Shown piece by piece: positions 1-8,381 of a stretch of DNA of 47,118 bases. The stretch's first letter is position 1, and each line of letters begins with the position of its first letter. The translations under genes and the position numbers were made by a program. A model generated the notes under the pieces. The model worked only from the letters and a program-made list of their open reading frames with translations, was not told the DNA's origin and ran no database searches. This DNA comes from a virus (Duplodnaviria > Heunggongvirae > Uroviricota > Caudoviricetes): the IMG/VR virus record IMGVR_UViG_2634166512_000003. One strand, 5' to 3'.

Positions 1-798
1 TTAATGAACATTCGTCGCCGAAAACGAGTCTGTATCATTAGTGCGATGCAGTCTCTGCAAAGGATCTTGTTGATAAAATTGGCAGAAACGTTGCCACAAT
101 GAAGGGAAACGAGGAGCAAAAAGTTCTGGGGCGCTAAAGAAATATTCAGAAAGTACGGCAAAACATTCAGCAGGATCACTGGCAGCATAAGCATCAATGC
201 TCGCCGCATTCTCGCCAACCAATTCGATTTCTTCCTGAATGTTGTTCATTGCAGCATGAAGATCGTGTTCCCAGCCAGCAACCTCACGCAACGGAATAAA
301 GGGAACTCCGCTGGCGCGATCGCCGTTACGGGTGTCCAGCTTATGAGCGACTTCATGAATAATCAGGTTAAAACCAGAAGCATCAAAAGAATCTTGTATA
401 TCCAACCAGTTCAAAACGATAGGCCCTTGCTGCCAGCTCTGACCTGACTGAACAATACGTTGGTTATGCACCAGACCGATATCGTCTTCCCATTCATCAT
501 CGACCACAAATGGCGCAGGATAAATTAAGACTTCATGAAAACCATCCAGCCATTCCAGTCCTAACTCCAGAACGGGTAGGCAAAATAGAAGTGCTATCCG
601 GCAGCTTCTTAATGAATCCAGTTCAAAGCCCTGTAAAGGAACAAGCCGCTTTTGCTGTAAAAAACGTTCGGCAAGAGTGACTAATTTGCTTTGTTCCTGT
701 TCCGTCAGACACGTTAAAAGGGGGATCGATAGTGCTTCCTGCCAGGGAAGGGCAGTTTGATGTGCTGATTCTTGTACTTTCCAGGGCCACTTAATCAT
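1..798 (-). CDS. mtfA: Mlc titration factor MtfA (zinc-dependent peptidase family); start placed at internal ATG giving MIKWPWKV N-terminus
   Basis: Translation begins [14 protein letters not shown] and contains HEVAHKLD zinc-binding motif, recalled as the E. coli MtfA/YeeI N-terminus; stop codon at 1..3; the ORF-track start at 837 adds 13 residues upstream. Confidence 0.8.
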
Positions 799-891
799 CG
801 TTTTGCTCGCAAACTCGTCACTTGAACAAAATTGCACGGACAGGGACTGTTAAAATGCCAAATTTCCTGGCATCATGGCAACCATCTGAAC

Positions 892-981
892 GGAGAGATG
901 CCGGAGCGGCTGAACGGACCGGTCTCGAAAACCGGAGTAGGGGCAACTCTACCGGGGGTTCAAATCCCCCTCTCTCCGCCA
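892..981 (+). tRNA. serU: tRNA-Ser, anticodon CGA, long variable arm, encoded CCA
   Basis: GGAGAGA acceptor 5' strand pairs with TCTCTCC at the 3' end; anticodon loop CTCGAAA (anticodon CGA); T-arm GGGGGTTCAAATCCCCC; ends GCCA; 90 nt. Confidence 0.85.
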
Positions 982-1066
982 CTTTATCAATGACTTACGT
1001 CACTCACTTTTCACCGTCGATCCCCCTGTTAGAACGGACTTAGAATATTCACTTAGAATTAGACCG

Positions 1067-2095
1067 TCACGGGTTTCTGCTCAGAACTGTGACATCCAGC
1101 ACCGGAATATCCAGAGTCGGAGAAACTGCAGGTTTGCGATCATACGTCAGCACCTGCGCCTCAGTTTTGTGACCAGAGAACAACTGCTTTTCTTTACTGC
1201 TTCCGTCGTAGTCTGAGATCCCCTTCGCTTTTAAATCGTGAAACGTTCCCGTAATCGGGTAGCCCAGCTTTTCACTTGCCGCCGCCCTGGCTTTACGCCA
1301 GATATCGTTAAATCCGGTATAACTGTATTGCCCGCCATATTTGTTACAGACCACGAAATGTTGTCCTCCCAACGATTTCGCCTGCTCAAGTGCGAACGTC
1401 AGTCGCTCTGAATACTGTTTGATCTGCTTTTTGCCAGTCTTACCCTGTTGGATAAACAAACCCTTACTCATAACCTGATCCCACGTCAGCTTTCGTATAT
1501 CGCCGATCCGCGTGGCGCACAGATAGGCGATCTCCATCGCGCACTGTAAAACGGGAGATGCCTCCTGATAAATTGCGATATATTCCTCGTCCGTGAAATA
1601 GTAGTCGCGGGGCTTGAGGGAAAATTTACTGACGCCCTGGCATGGATTCCCTTTTACGTATCCGCGTTCGTATCCCCAGCGGAATACTCGCGACATACTG
1701 GCTTTTTCATGGTTCGCCTGTGTTTTGCTTTTCAGCCCCCGCTTGTCCATATACAGCCGCACGTGAGCAGGTTTTATGTTGTCGGCTTTCATTTTCCCGA
1801 ACGCGGCGAGTAATTTCTTCTGGTGCTGCAGATAATCCTTTTGTGTACGCTGACCGAGTTCCAGATAGTAGGTGCTGTTGAGAAATTTGTTCCAGAGTTT
1901 ACTGAACGTCATGACATCAATAGCATCATTCAGGATCTCTTCGTATTTCACCCATACCTGAGCAATTGACAGATCATTAATTTTACCCAGCGTAATACAC
2001 TCTCGGGGCGTTGGTTTGAAATAATAGCTGTATTTGTTTTTATAAACGCGGGGTGGCAGCTTATTATCTTCCGCGCTTTTTCGTGTTCTGCTCAT
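1067..2095 (-). CDS. int: phage integrase (tyrosine site-specific recombinase)
   Basis: 342-aa ORF immediately downstream of the tRNA 3' end, convergent with it, a classic prophage-integration arrangement; C-terminal region reads like an integrase catalytic domain (assigned from memory of family features). Confidence 0.8.
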   Translation of the reverse strand: MSRTRKSAEDNKLPPRVYKNKYSYYFKPTPRECITLGKINDLSIAQVWVKYEEILNDAIDVMTFSKLWNKFLNSTYYLELGQRTQKDYLQHQKKLLAAFGKMKADNIKPAHVRLYMDKRGLKSKTQANHEKASMSRVFRWGYERGYVKGNPCQGVSKFSLKPRDYYFTDEEYIAIYQEASPVLQCAMEIAYLCATRIGDIRKLTWDQVMSKGLFIQQGKTGKKQIKQYSERLTFALEQAKSLGGQHFVVCNKYGGQYSYTGFNDIWRKARAAASEKLGYPITGTFHDLKAKGISDYDGSSKEKQLFSGHKTEAQVLTYDRKPAVSPTLDIPVLDVTVLSRNP

Positions 2096-2310
2096 CAGAT
2101 TGCATCAAAATTTGGTTGTTCTTCTTCGGCAATCTGCACGGACCTTGCTCCGGACAGCGCAGCGTTTACATGCGTCCATGTGACGCGAGGTCGCCCATCG
2201 CGGCGTTTTACATAAGGGATCCCGGCACGGGTCAGGGCGCCGCATTGTTTTGACGGGAACTGGTAGCCGGTCAGTTCAACCAGTTCCTCGTCGTTTAACA
2301 GATCGTTCAT
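2095..2310 (-). CDS. xis: excisionase-like small DNA-binding protein
   Basis: 71-aa ORF whose stop overlaps the int start (ATGA overlap); position and size typical of Xis; preceded by GAGGAAAGACC ribosome-binding motif. Confidence 0.5.
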   Translation of the reverse strand: MNDLLNDEELVELTGYQFPSKQCGALTRAGIPYVKRRDGRPRVTWTHVNAALSGARSVQIAEEEQPNFDAI

Positions 2311-2470
2311 GGTCTTTCCTCATTATGTAGCTTATTGCGTCATCTGCCACATGGCAGGCACGGGCAATATCAGACTCGGTCAAGGCCTGTTTCCTGACGC
2401 TGGCCGACAGTCGGCCAATTTTGATATCAAATGCGGAGAGCAGAGTTGCTCCCGGTTGCCATCGCAGCAT
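2276..2470 (-). CDS. hypothetical small phage protein (64 aa)
   Basis: ATG at 2470 preceded by AGGAGGA Shine-Dalgarno with about 6-nt spacing; 3' end overlaps xis start; the longer ORF-track version (start 2500) lacks this RBS. Confidence 0.35.
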   Translation of the reverse strand: MLRWQPGATLLSAFDIKIGRLSASVRKQALTESDIARACHVADDAISYIMRKDHERSVKRRGTG

Positions 2471-2519
2471 TGTGATCCTCCTGTTACTGGTGAATCGCAA
2501 TGCTAGCGATGGTGAGTTT

Positions 2520-2702
2520 TTATTTCTGATTAGGCGTAATCAGTTCTGGTGGGGGGAATGCCGATTTCTCCCGCGTGACCTTAATGTTTTCTGGCAGGTG
2601 TAGCCCAAGTTCGCAGCGACTCCGTGCTTCAATAATGCCATTGGTACCATCGGCAAGTACCAGGTGAACCGCGTCACCACGCTTTAATGTGAGTTTAAGC
2701 AT
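2520..2702 (-). CDS. hypothetical small phage protein (60 aa)
   Basis: Start codon overlaps the stop of the upstream gene (TAATG), suggesting translational coupling. Confidence 0.35.
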   Translation of the reverse strand: MLKLTLKRGDAVHLVLADGTNGIIEARSRCELGLHLPENIKVTREKSAFPPPELITPNQK

Positions 2703-3271
2703 TAGCGTACCCTCAGCGAACGTTCGCCGCGTTCCAGATGTGCGCCTGGTACCGGGTTTAATAACTCGGCTGGTGGTGTTTCTCCACGCGCCAGTATTTC
2801 GGCGGCAACCGCCTCCGCAGATTCAATCACTTCTTTAATGGCTCGCTTGTTTGGTGTAATAACCGTTTCTACATCAACAAGTGACACGCCTTCATACTCA
2901 TCCGGGATCTTATCTTTGCTATCGATAATTACCCGGATAGCCCCCTGTGCATCAGTAAATGTGTTTTTTGCGGTTTTTAGTTTATCCAGGCCAGCAGCTT
3001 GCAGGCAGGCGAGCATATGCTTCCGAATTGCTTTTTCCTTGCCTTCAAAGGACGTCTTACGGGTAGCCAGGCGAGACATTTCTTCAGCGCAGGTACTGGC
3101 ATTGCCCTGTAAATTGCGGCAGATGACCATCATGGCGTCCAGTTTGTCTCCCAGTTCTCCTTCCATACCTTCAAGTGTGTCGGCGATCATCTCTGGCGTC
3201 AGTTCGTCGGAGGTTTCCAGCAGGTCAATCAGGCTGGCGTATTCTTTTGCAATAGCGATAGCGGTGCTCAT
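2702..3271 (-). CDS. Gp157-family-like phage protein (recombination/early module)
   Basis: 189-aa acidic protein directly downstream of and overlapping the large annealing-domain protein; family assignment from memory and synteny only. Confidence 0.4.
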   Translation of the reverse strand: MSTAIAIAKEYASLIDLLETSDELTPEMIADTLEGMEGELGDKLDAMMVICRNLQGNASTCAEEMSRLATRKTSFEGKEKAIRKHMLACLQAAGLDKLKTAKNTFTDAQGAIRVIIDSKDKIPDEYEGVSLVDVETVITPNKRAIKEVIESAEAVAAEILARGETPPAELLNPVPGAHLERGERSLRVR

Positions 3272-5490
3272 GCTGTTTGCTCCTGTGCGGCGGCGAGAGC
3301 GGCGAGGCGTTCGGTTTTGATTTCATTCAAACGGCGCAGGCGCGAACCAAGATAAGTTGAATACTCCTTATCACCTTTGGATTCTGCGGCTTTGCGGTGA
3401 ACTTCTACTTCCCGCGCAATAAGGCCATAGACTTTATTAACTTCATTGGGGGTTACGGCTGCAGCCAGTGTTTTGGCAACACCTGAGAGTCGTTCATCCA
3501 GTTCTTCACGCAGTCGGGTAGCATCCTCTGCTTTCTCGCTTGCCTTCTTAATACCGTATTCTGTATTCAGCTCGGCGGTGTAGGCACTATCGTTATGCAT
3601 ATCCATATAAACATCTGCCGCAAATCCCAGATGAGATAGTGCTTTGACGGTGGCATCAGTAAGAGACTTTTTGGAGGCCTCTTTTTCCATTACCAGTGCC
3701 CCTTTGTTATTTTTTGATATGTAATCCGTGTGGCCATATGACGGAATAAATCCTTTCACTCCGTTCCAGACGTACCAGAGATCTATCCGGATGGTGTGTA
3801 CTGACAGGCAGAACAGGGAGCCGTCAGCATCCCTGACAGGTTTTTGTCCAATAATTTTCCCTGTCTGATCCTGTATAGGTTCAAGTAATGGCACACCGCG
3901 ATCCACTCGCTCCTCCTTGATTTCAACTCCCCAACCAATGCCTTCCATTCCCAGCACTTCAGTCGCACGCATCAAAATATATTGTGCGCGTATGGAGTGC
4001 AGTCCTGCACCGTAATCATTATGTGTGACATACGCAGGATCGGTCCGCTGAACGCGATTCCAGATAGCCAAATTTGCTTTGCTCTGGTCATCATTCATTG
4101 CTGACAGATAATGCTCCATGCGAATTGATGCAGTTTTTTCCTCGGTATGGATCCGCTCAACCAGAGCGTCAACGTTCTGCACCAGGTCTTTTACCTGCTC
4201 GCTAAGTTTTTCTTGTGGAGGAGTCTCTTCTTCCAGGATAACAGTTACAGATTCCCGCTGTGATACGGCGTTATTTTCTGGTACGCCATACACATGGCGG
4301 GGCGTGACAAACTGCTCACGCAACTGCTGCAAACTACGCTCTCCAGCATTTGCTGCTTCGCTTTTTTCGCCCTGATTTGAGGGGGGTTCTGACATCATCC
4401 CATCGATTGAGAATCGCCCGCCGCCGTGGTTGGTGACTTTTACATCACCCTTTGGTGCTGCGTCCTTTGGCTTCTCTTCAACAGCATTTGCATCACGCTG
4501 CCCGTTAGCTTGCAGCCAGTTGTCGATGTGACTGCGCAGGGATTGCGGGAAATGGTACGTGTCTTTTGCGGGGGCACTCTGAACGACACCGAATACGGAT
4601 GCCCGGTCATAGGAAAGGATCTGATCCGTTGTGCGCAAGGCCATTGACCAGCGTTTAAAATCCTCCCGATCCTGGCTGATTATTTCGTCTGCCGCTTTCA
4701 GGACGCTGGGGGTGATTTTTTCCGGGCCAACGGGTAACAGAGCGCAGGCAATTTCACGATCCAGTGTAGCGTGAGTCTGTTTGTAAGGACGTGCGGATGC
4801 TGTTTCTGGTTTTACCTCCGGCAGCATTTCATCGCGTTTACCGGGATTCTCTACCCATTTTTTTATAAATTTGGAGATAGTCCAACTGGTCGGGTTTTGT
4901 TCCTGGGTATCGCAACTTGCCAAAATTGCATGTACCAGATTATTCAATCCAGCAATATGCATGTACTCGATGGGCTTACACGCCACCATGGCATCAAGAA
5001 CGATGCGGTTAAACGCGTCAACCTCATCCTCACTGTCAGTATCACTGTTGTCGAGCATCTCCAGGTATTCACGCGTCTGCGCAAGCAATTCACTGTTGAC
5101 TTCGTTGGCGTCGTGGCTGAACAGCAGAACGGCGGCGAATCGTTCACGAGCCGGCAGTTTCATCAGGTCGTTAACCTGTGCGATATCTGCTGAACCGCTA
5201 TCTACAACGGGGGTGTTAACTACCCATTTTTCGCCATCAAAACTGTGTTCTGTGGCGAACGTCTCATCAAACTCACCAACGCCTGGGCGCGGTTGGCCCG
5301 GGGCATCTTCCCAGATTTTAGGTTTGAAATAGTTGTCGCCGTGGTCAGGGTAGGCTTCCCACAATTTGCCGATGATGATGTTCTCGGCAACTTTTTTGTT
5401 AGGGGCGTCGATGGCGATGGCCAGCGCCGGGATCGCGCCGTTTTTGAGCGCGCCTTTTTTCGCTTCTAACAAGCCGTTAAAAATGGTCAT
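3268..5490 (-). CDS. large phage recombination protein: C-terminal Rad52/Sak/ERF-like single-strand annealing domain with about 400-aa N-terminal extension of unknown function
   Basis: 740-aa ORF with GAGGAAAGACC RBS; C-terminal half contains KKSLTDATVKALSHLGFAADVY, resembling the K-x-x-TDA-x-K-x-A-...-G-x-G-...-Y signature of Rad52-like annealing proteins; N-terminal half not recognised. Confidence 0.5.
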   Translation of the reverse strand: MTIFNGLLEAKKGALKNGAIPALAIAIDAPNKKVAENIIIGKLWEAYPDHGDNYFKPKIWEDAPGQPRPGVGEFDETFATEHSFDGEKWVVNTPVVDSGSADIAQVNDLMKLPARERFAAVLLFSHDANEVNSELLAQTREYLEMLDNSDTDSEDEVDAFNRIVLDAMVACKPIEYMHIAGLNNLVHAILASCDTQEQNPTSWTISKFIKKWVENPGKRDEMLPEVKPETASARPYKQTHATLDREIACALLPVGPEKITPSVLKAADEIISQDREDFKRWSMALRTTDQILSYDRASVFGVVQSAPAKDTYHFPQSLRSHIDNWLQANGQRDANAVEEKPKDAAPKGDVKVTNHGGGRFSIDGMMSEPPSNQGEKSEAANAGERSLQQLREQFVTPRHVYGVPENNAVSQRESVTVILEEETPPQEKLSEQVKDLVQNVDALVERIHTEEKTASIRMEHYLSAMNDDQSKANLAIWNRVQRTDPAYVTHNDYGAGLHSIRAQYILMRATEVLGMEGIGWGVEIKEERVDRGVPLLEPIQDQTGKIIGQKPVRDADGSLFCLSVHTIRIDLWYVWNGVKGFIPSYGHTDYISKNNKGALVMEKEASKKSLTDATVKALSHLGFAADVYMDMHNDSAYTAELNTEYGIKKASEKAEDATRLREELDERLSGVAKTLAAAVTPNEVNKVYGLIAREVEVHRKAAESKGDKEYSTYLGSRLRRLNEIKTERLAALAAAQEQTA

Positions 5491-5520
5491 TGGTCTTTCC
5501 TCATTACAGGTCAGTGGTTT

Positions 5521-5841
5521 TTAGTAGGGGAGCTCATCGGTATCTGGCGTGTATTCGATGCAAAGTAACTGCTGGATTTTGTCATCGATAGCAGCAATAC
5601 GCTGTTGAGCGTCGGCGGCTGTATTCTGTTTTTGCTCACGCAGCTGCTCGACCTGCAAACCGATGATGTCGATTGGCTGGGGCTGGTTGACGGTAATTTC
5701 AATTTCGCGGCTTTCCAGAAGGATGTACCTGTCTGGAAAATTTTTTGACATATCAACCGTCGCAATAAACAGCTTTTCATGGCTGAAAGTTGAAGTTGCA
5801 TAATGAATAAAGAGTGTTACTGGGATGGTGCGCGCTTCCAT
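5521..5841 (-). CDS. hypothetical phage protein (106 aa)
   Basis: ORF with AAGGAG RBS upstream of ATG at 5841. Confidence 0.45.
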   Translation of the reverse strand: MEARTIPVTLFIHYATSTFSHEKLFIATVDMSKNFPDRYILLESREIEITVNQPQPIDIIGLQVEQLREQKQNTAADAQQRIAAIDDKIQQLLCIEYTPDTDELPY

Positions 5842-6689
5842 AGCGACTCCTTGGTGATGTATACTCGGGACCGATCAGCGAATATTGATCAGCTTCCATA
5901 GCGTCAGTGTCGTTGGTCTTTCCTCATCACAAGTTTGGTCACTTGTGATAAATCCGAATGGTTTGGTCGCCGTTCGGGGTAACTGGCCCGCCTTGTGCGG
6001 GTCTTTTGCTATCTAAAGGGTGCCGGTTACGTTTCCGGCGTCGTTATGTTTCCATCACGACCGTACGGGGCTGGTCTTTCCTGTTTTGAGCTGGTCAGGC
6101 TCATGGTCAACGCTGGTCAGGCGTGGTACTTCCTCCGGTCTTTCCCTGGTGTCACGCTGCGGGTTTGGCCTCTCCTGTTGGGGACTCAGGCACAGCGATA
6201 AAACCTGGCTGTGTGAAAAAATGGCCCATCGTGCGGACTGGGCAAAGACTAAACACAGCAAATTGATGATGGGCGCCCGGAATCGAACCGGGTAACGGGC
6301 AGGGAGTTCCCGTTAAACACCTGTTCACCACAACCGGGAGCGCACTCCGCCATTTCAAAATTTAACGACAAAGCTCAAAGTTGAGTCGATGAAGTGCGCT
6401 CTCGTGTTGTAGCCAGGACTCTTCCCTGGTGGTCACACCGTATCGCCTTGATGGTGAATCAATCGCTCATACCTGGCTGTGGCTTGCACATTCCGGCTAC
6501 CTGCTATGGAGACAACGCGTTAAGGCTCCGCTTCCATCCAGACCGCTTCGACACATGTGCCATATGCCGGCGAAGTCTTTCCCTCTGTCATCGTGTTGGC
6601 GCCGACGCGCAAAATTTGATGCCGTCTTTCCGGCTGTCAGAACGTGTTTCTGAACAACTGCCGCTGGGTAAGCGTTGTTGATGAAAGTG

Positions 6690-6750
6690 ACTTTACAATT
6701 TGTATTTGTAATGGTCAACGTATTTTTAAAAAATAATTTGTAGTTAGGGG
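6690..6750. promoter_or_regulatory. putative leftward operator/promoter region (OL/PL-like) downstream of repressor gene, with ATTTGTA-type repeats
   Basis: acaatttgtatttgtaatgg and aataatttgtagtt share the ATTTGTA(A/T)T motif also found in the repressor/cro intergenic region. Confidence 0.3.
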
Positions 6751-6837
6751 CAAAAAAATATTCACTGTGTAAAGGTGTTTTTGTGTTAGGGGGAAAGTTG
6801 CATGCCAGCAGCGGCTGGCCTGAAAATTTGAACTGAA

Positions 6838-7251
6838 CTATTTTGTCTGGTTTTTGGCTTCAAGTAGTTCTTTTAGCAGTAGATCGAAGTGCTCTCTTTT
6901 TTCTTTTAGCTCATTGATTAATTTATTTTTTTCGCTCTCAGGCAGTCCTCTGAATAGTTGCAGTAGAGCCTGTTCTTGCGGGGTTAGTTCTTGATTGTAA
7001 TTACCCGGGTGTAGCGTGGATTCATCCAAATATTCCCCTTCATTCATGAAGAAAAAATGAACAGGGTATCCGGTCACTTTTGCTAGCTTGTCTAATTTAT
7101 CTTTTCTTGGAGTTACCCCATTACACCATGCCTGAACTGATTGAGCCGTAACCCCAATATGGCGAGCTAACTCAGATTGAGACCAGCCTAAGTCTTTTAG
7201 AATCCGTTGTAGTCGGCTAGCAAAAGCCATGTTTTTCGTTTTTGTGTTCAT
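6838..7251 (-). CDS. prophage repressor, DicA-like (XRE-family HTH N-terminus, no autopeptidase domain)
   Basis: HTH region LKDLGWSQSELARHIGVTAQSVQAWCNG; C-terminal LLQLFRGLPESEKNKL resembles DicA as recalled; divergent from a Cro-like gene; ORF-track start at 7266 is TTG, first ATG at 7251 preferred. Confidence 0.75.
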   Translation of the reverse strand: MNTKTKNMAFASRLQRILKDLGWSQSELARHIGVTAQSVQAWCNGVTPRKDKLDKLAKVTGYPVHFFFMNEGEYLDESTLHPGNYNQELTPQEQALLQLFRGLPESEKNKLINELKEKREHFDLLLKELLEAKNQTK

Positions 7252-7266
7252 ACCGTAAGGATACAA

Positions 7267-7349
7267 GGTTTAATTGTAGGGAGCATTGCAAATATAATTT
7301 GTAATTACAGTTATGATTTGTAATGATGGCGCGGACACAAGGAGTCCAT
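7267..7349. promoter_or_regulatory. divergent operator/promoter region between repressor and cro-like genes
   Basis: Contains perfect 10-bp palindrome TGTAATTACA, two ATTTGTAAT direct repeats, a TATAAT hexamer and TTGCAA; AAGGAG RBS before cro-like ATG at 7350. Confidence 0.45.
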
Positions 7350-7580
7350 ATGGATAAACAACTGCAAGACAAAATTCTTTCCGTAATGAGTCAATCCGAG
7401 TTAGGGCGGCGATTAGGGAAAAAACCACAAACGGTAAGCCTCTGGTTCAAAGGAAGGGTTCCCGGTGAAGAGGTTTTGCGCACATCTGAAGCTCTTGAAT
7501 GGCGCGTGACCCCCCATGATCTTAGACCGGATCTTTACCCAAACCCAGATGACAGCTTGCCTAAAACGAAAGCAGCTTAA
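7350..7580 (+). CDS. Cro-like / YdaS-family HTH regulator
   Basis: Small protein with HTH (LGKKPQTVSLWFKG) divergent from repressor; start at ATG 7350 with AAGGAG RBS rather than ORF-track 7323. Confidence 0.65.
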   Translation: MDKQLQDKILSVMSQSELGRRLGKKPQTVSLWFKGRVPGEEVLRTSEALEWRVTPHDLRPDLYPNPDDSLPKTKAA

Positions 7581-7638
7581 CTGTTGGTGAGCCCCAAATC
7601 TGATTAAGCGTAATCAATTTTTAGCGACAGGAGACGCT

Positions 7639-8115
7639 ATGGAAAACCAAGAGGAATTACAAAAAGAGATTTTGACCTGGGCGGCAAGGGCAGGGCAGGA
7701 ACTCGTCACGATTGAAATCTGCCGGGCCTGGTTCAGTCAGGGACGCAATGATGAGTTGAGACTACATGAATTTGAGGACGCGGACGGCAATGTGGACTGG
7801 AGAGCCATCAACAACAATCGGCAGAAAATCTTTCGCTGGTTACGTGGCGAGACAACGGCGGCGCGCCGAAAAACTCAGGTGCTGGCCAGTGTGATGAAAG
7901 CCGTGCTACCCGCAGAACGGCGGGCACGTCTGGAGTCGCTGGGCGATCCCGTTTTGCTGGCAACGCTGGCGGCAAAAGAAGGGGTGGAAGCGATTAACGC
8001 TGTACATCTCCACTTCGCGCCAGAGTTAACTATCCAGGAAATTGACGAAGCAATAGCGGCGCTGGTAGCGACGCGAGGAGCAGTGATACGCACTGCGCAA
8101 GACCACCATGCATGA
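7639..8115 (+). CDS. YdaT-like early regulatory protein (CII-position gene)
   Basis: 158-aa ORF immediately after cro-like gene, as in ydaS-ydaT pairs of Rac-type prophages; assignment by synteny and recalled similarity. Confidence 0.45.
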   Translation: MENQEELQKEILTWAARAGQELVTIEICRAWFSQGRNDELRLHEFEDADGNVDWRAINNNRQKIFRWLRGETTAARRKTQVLASVMKAVLPAERRARLESLGDPVLLATLAAKEGVEAINAVHLHFAPELTIQEIDEAIAALVATRGAVIRTAQDHHA

Positions 8116-8154
8116 GCGCCTGACCAGCGTTTAACTTATACCGAGGAAAGACCG

Positions 8155-8379
8155 ATGTTAAGACATATTGACCGCATTACCTGGCGTAACGGCTGGCACC
8201 TGAATGGGCGCCCGGCACATGTTGCAGAGATCCAACCTATTTTTGATGGGCGTATGGCTGCCGCGCTTTCGGTGTGGGAGCAGTATGAATCCAGGAAGGT
8301 CGAGTTGCGCGACAAAGGGCTGAGCAATGCGGACTATGAAGCCGGTTGTCGTCAGATAGCCGAAGCTCTGGAGATCTGA
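8155..8379 (+). CDS. hypothetical phage protein (74 aa)
   Basis: ATG preceded by GAGGAAAGACC motif; stop 2 nt before next start. Confidence 0.45.
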   Translation: MLRHIDRITWRNGWHLNGRPAHVAEIQPIFDGRMAAALSVWEQYESRKVELRDKGLSNADYEAGCRQIAEALEI

Positions 8380-8381
8380 GT

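Noticed and set aside
1642-1881. 79-aa plus-strand ORF inside the integrase gene
   Set aside because: Antisense to the integrase coding sequence and Cys/Arg-rich; considered spurious.
6271-6352. Complete tRNA gene on either strand
   Set aside because: Only the T-arm and part of an acceptor strand fold convincingly; no D-arm, canonical anticodon arm or matching acceptor 5' strand could be drawn, so it is reported as a tRNA-like fragment.
6497-6718. 73-aa minus-strand ORF as an N-like antiterminator (contains ARRRQ)
   Set aside because: Starts with TTG inside the operator-like repeats, has no RBS and only a weak Arg-rich stretch; insufficient evidence for a gene.
8346-8381. ORF-track start at 8346 for the replication initiator
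   Set aside because: Position 8346 is a TTG overlapping the preceding gene; the ATG at 8382 with a GGAG RBS two nucleotides after the upstream stop is the more plausible start.
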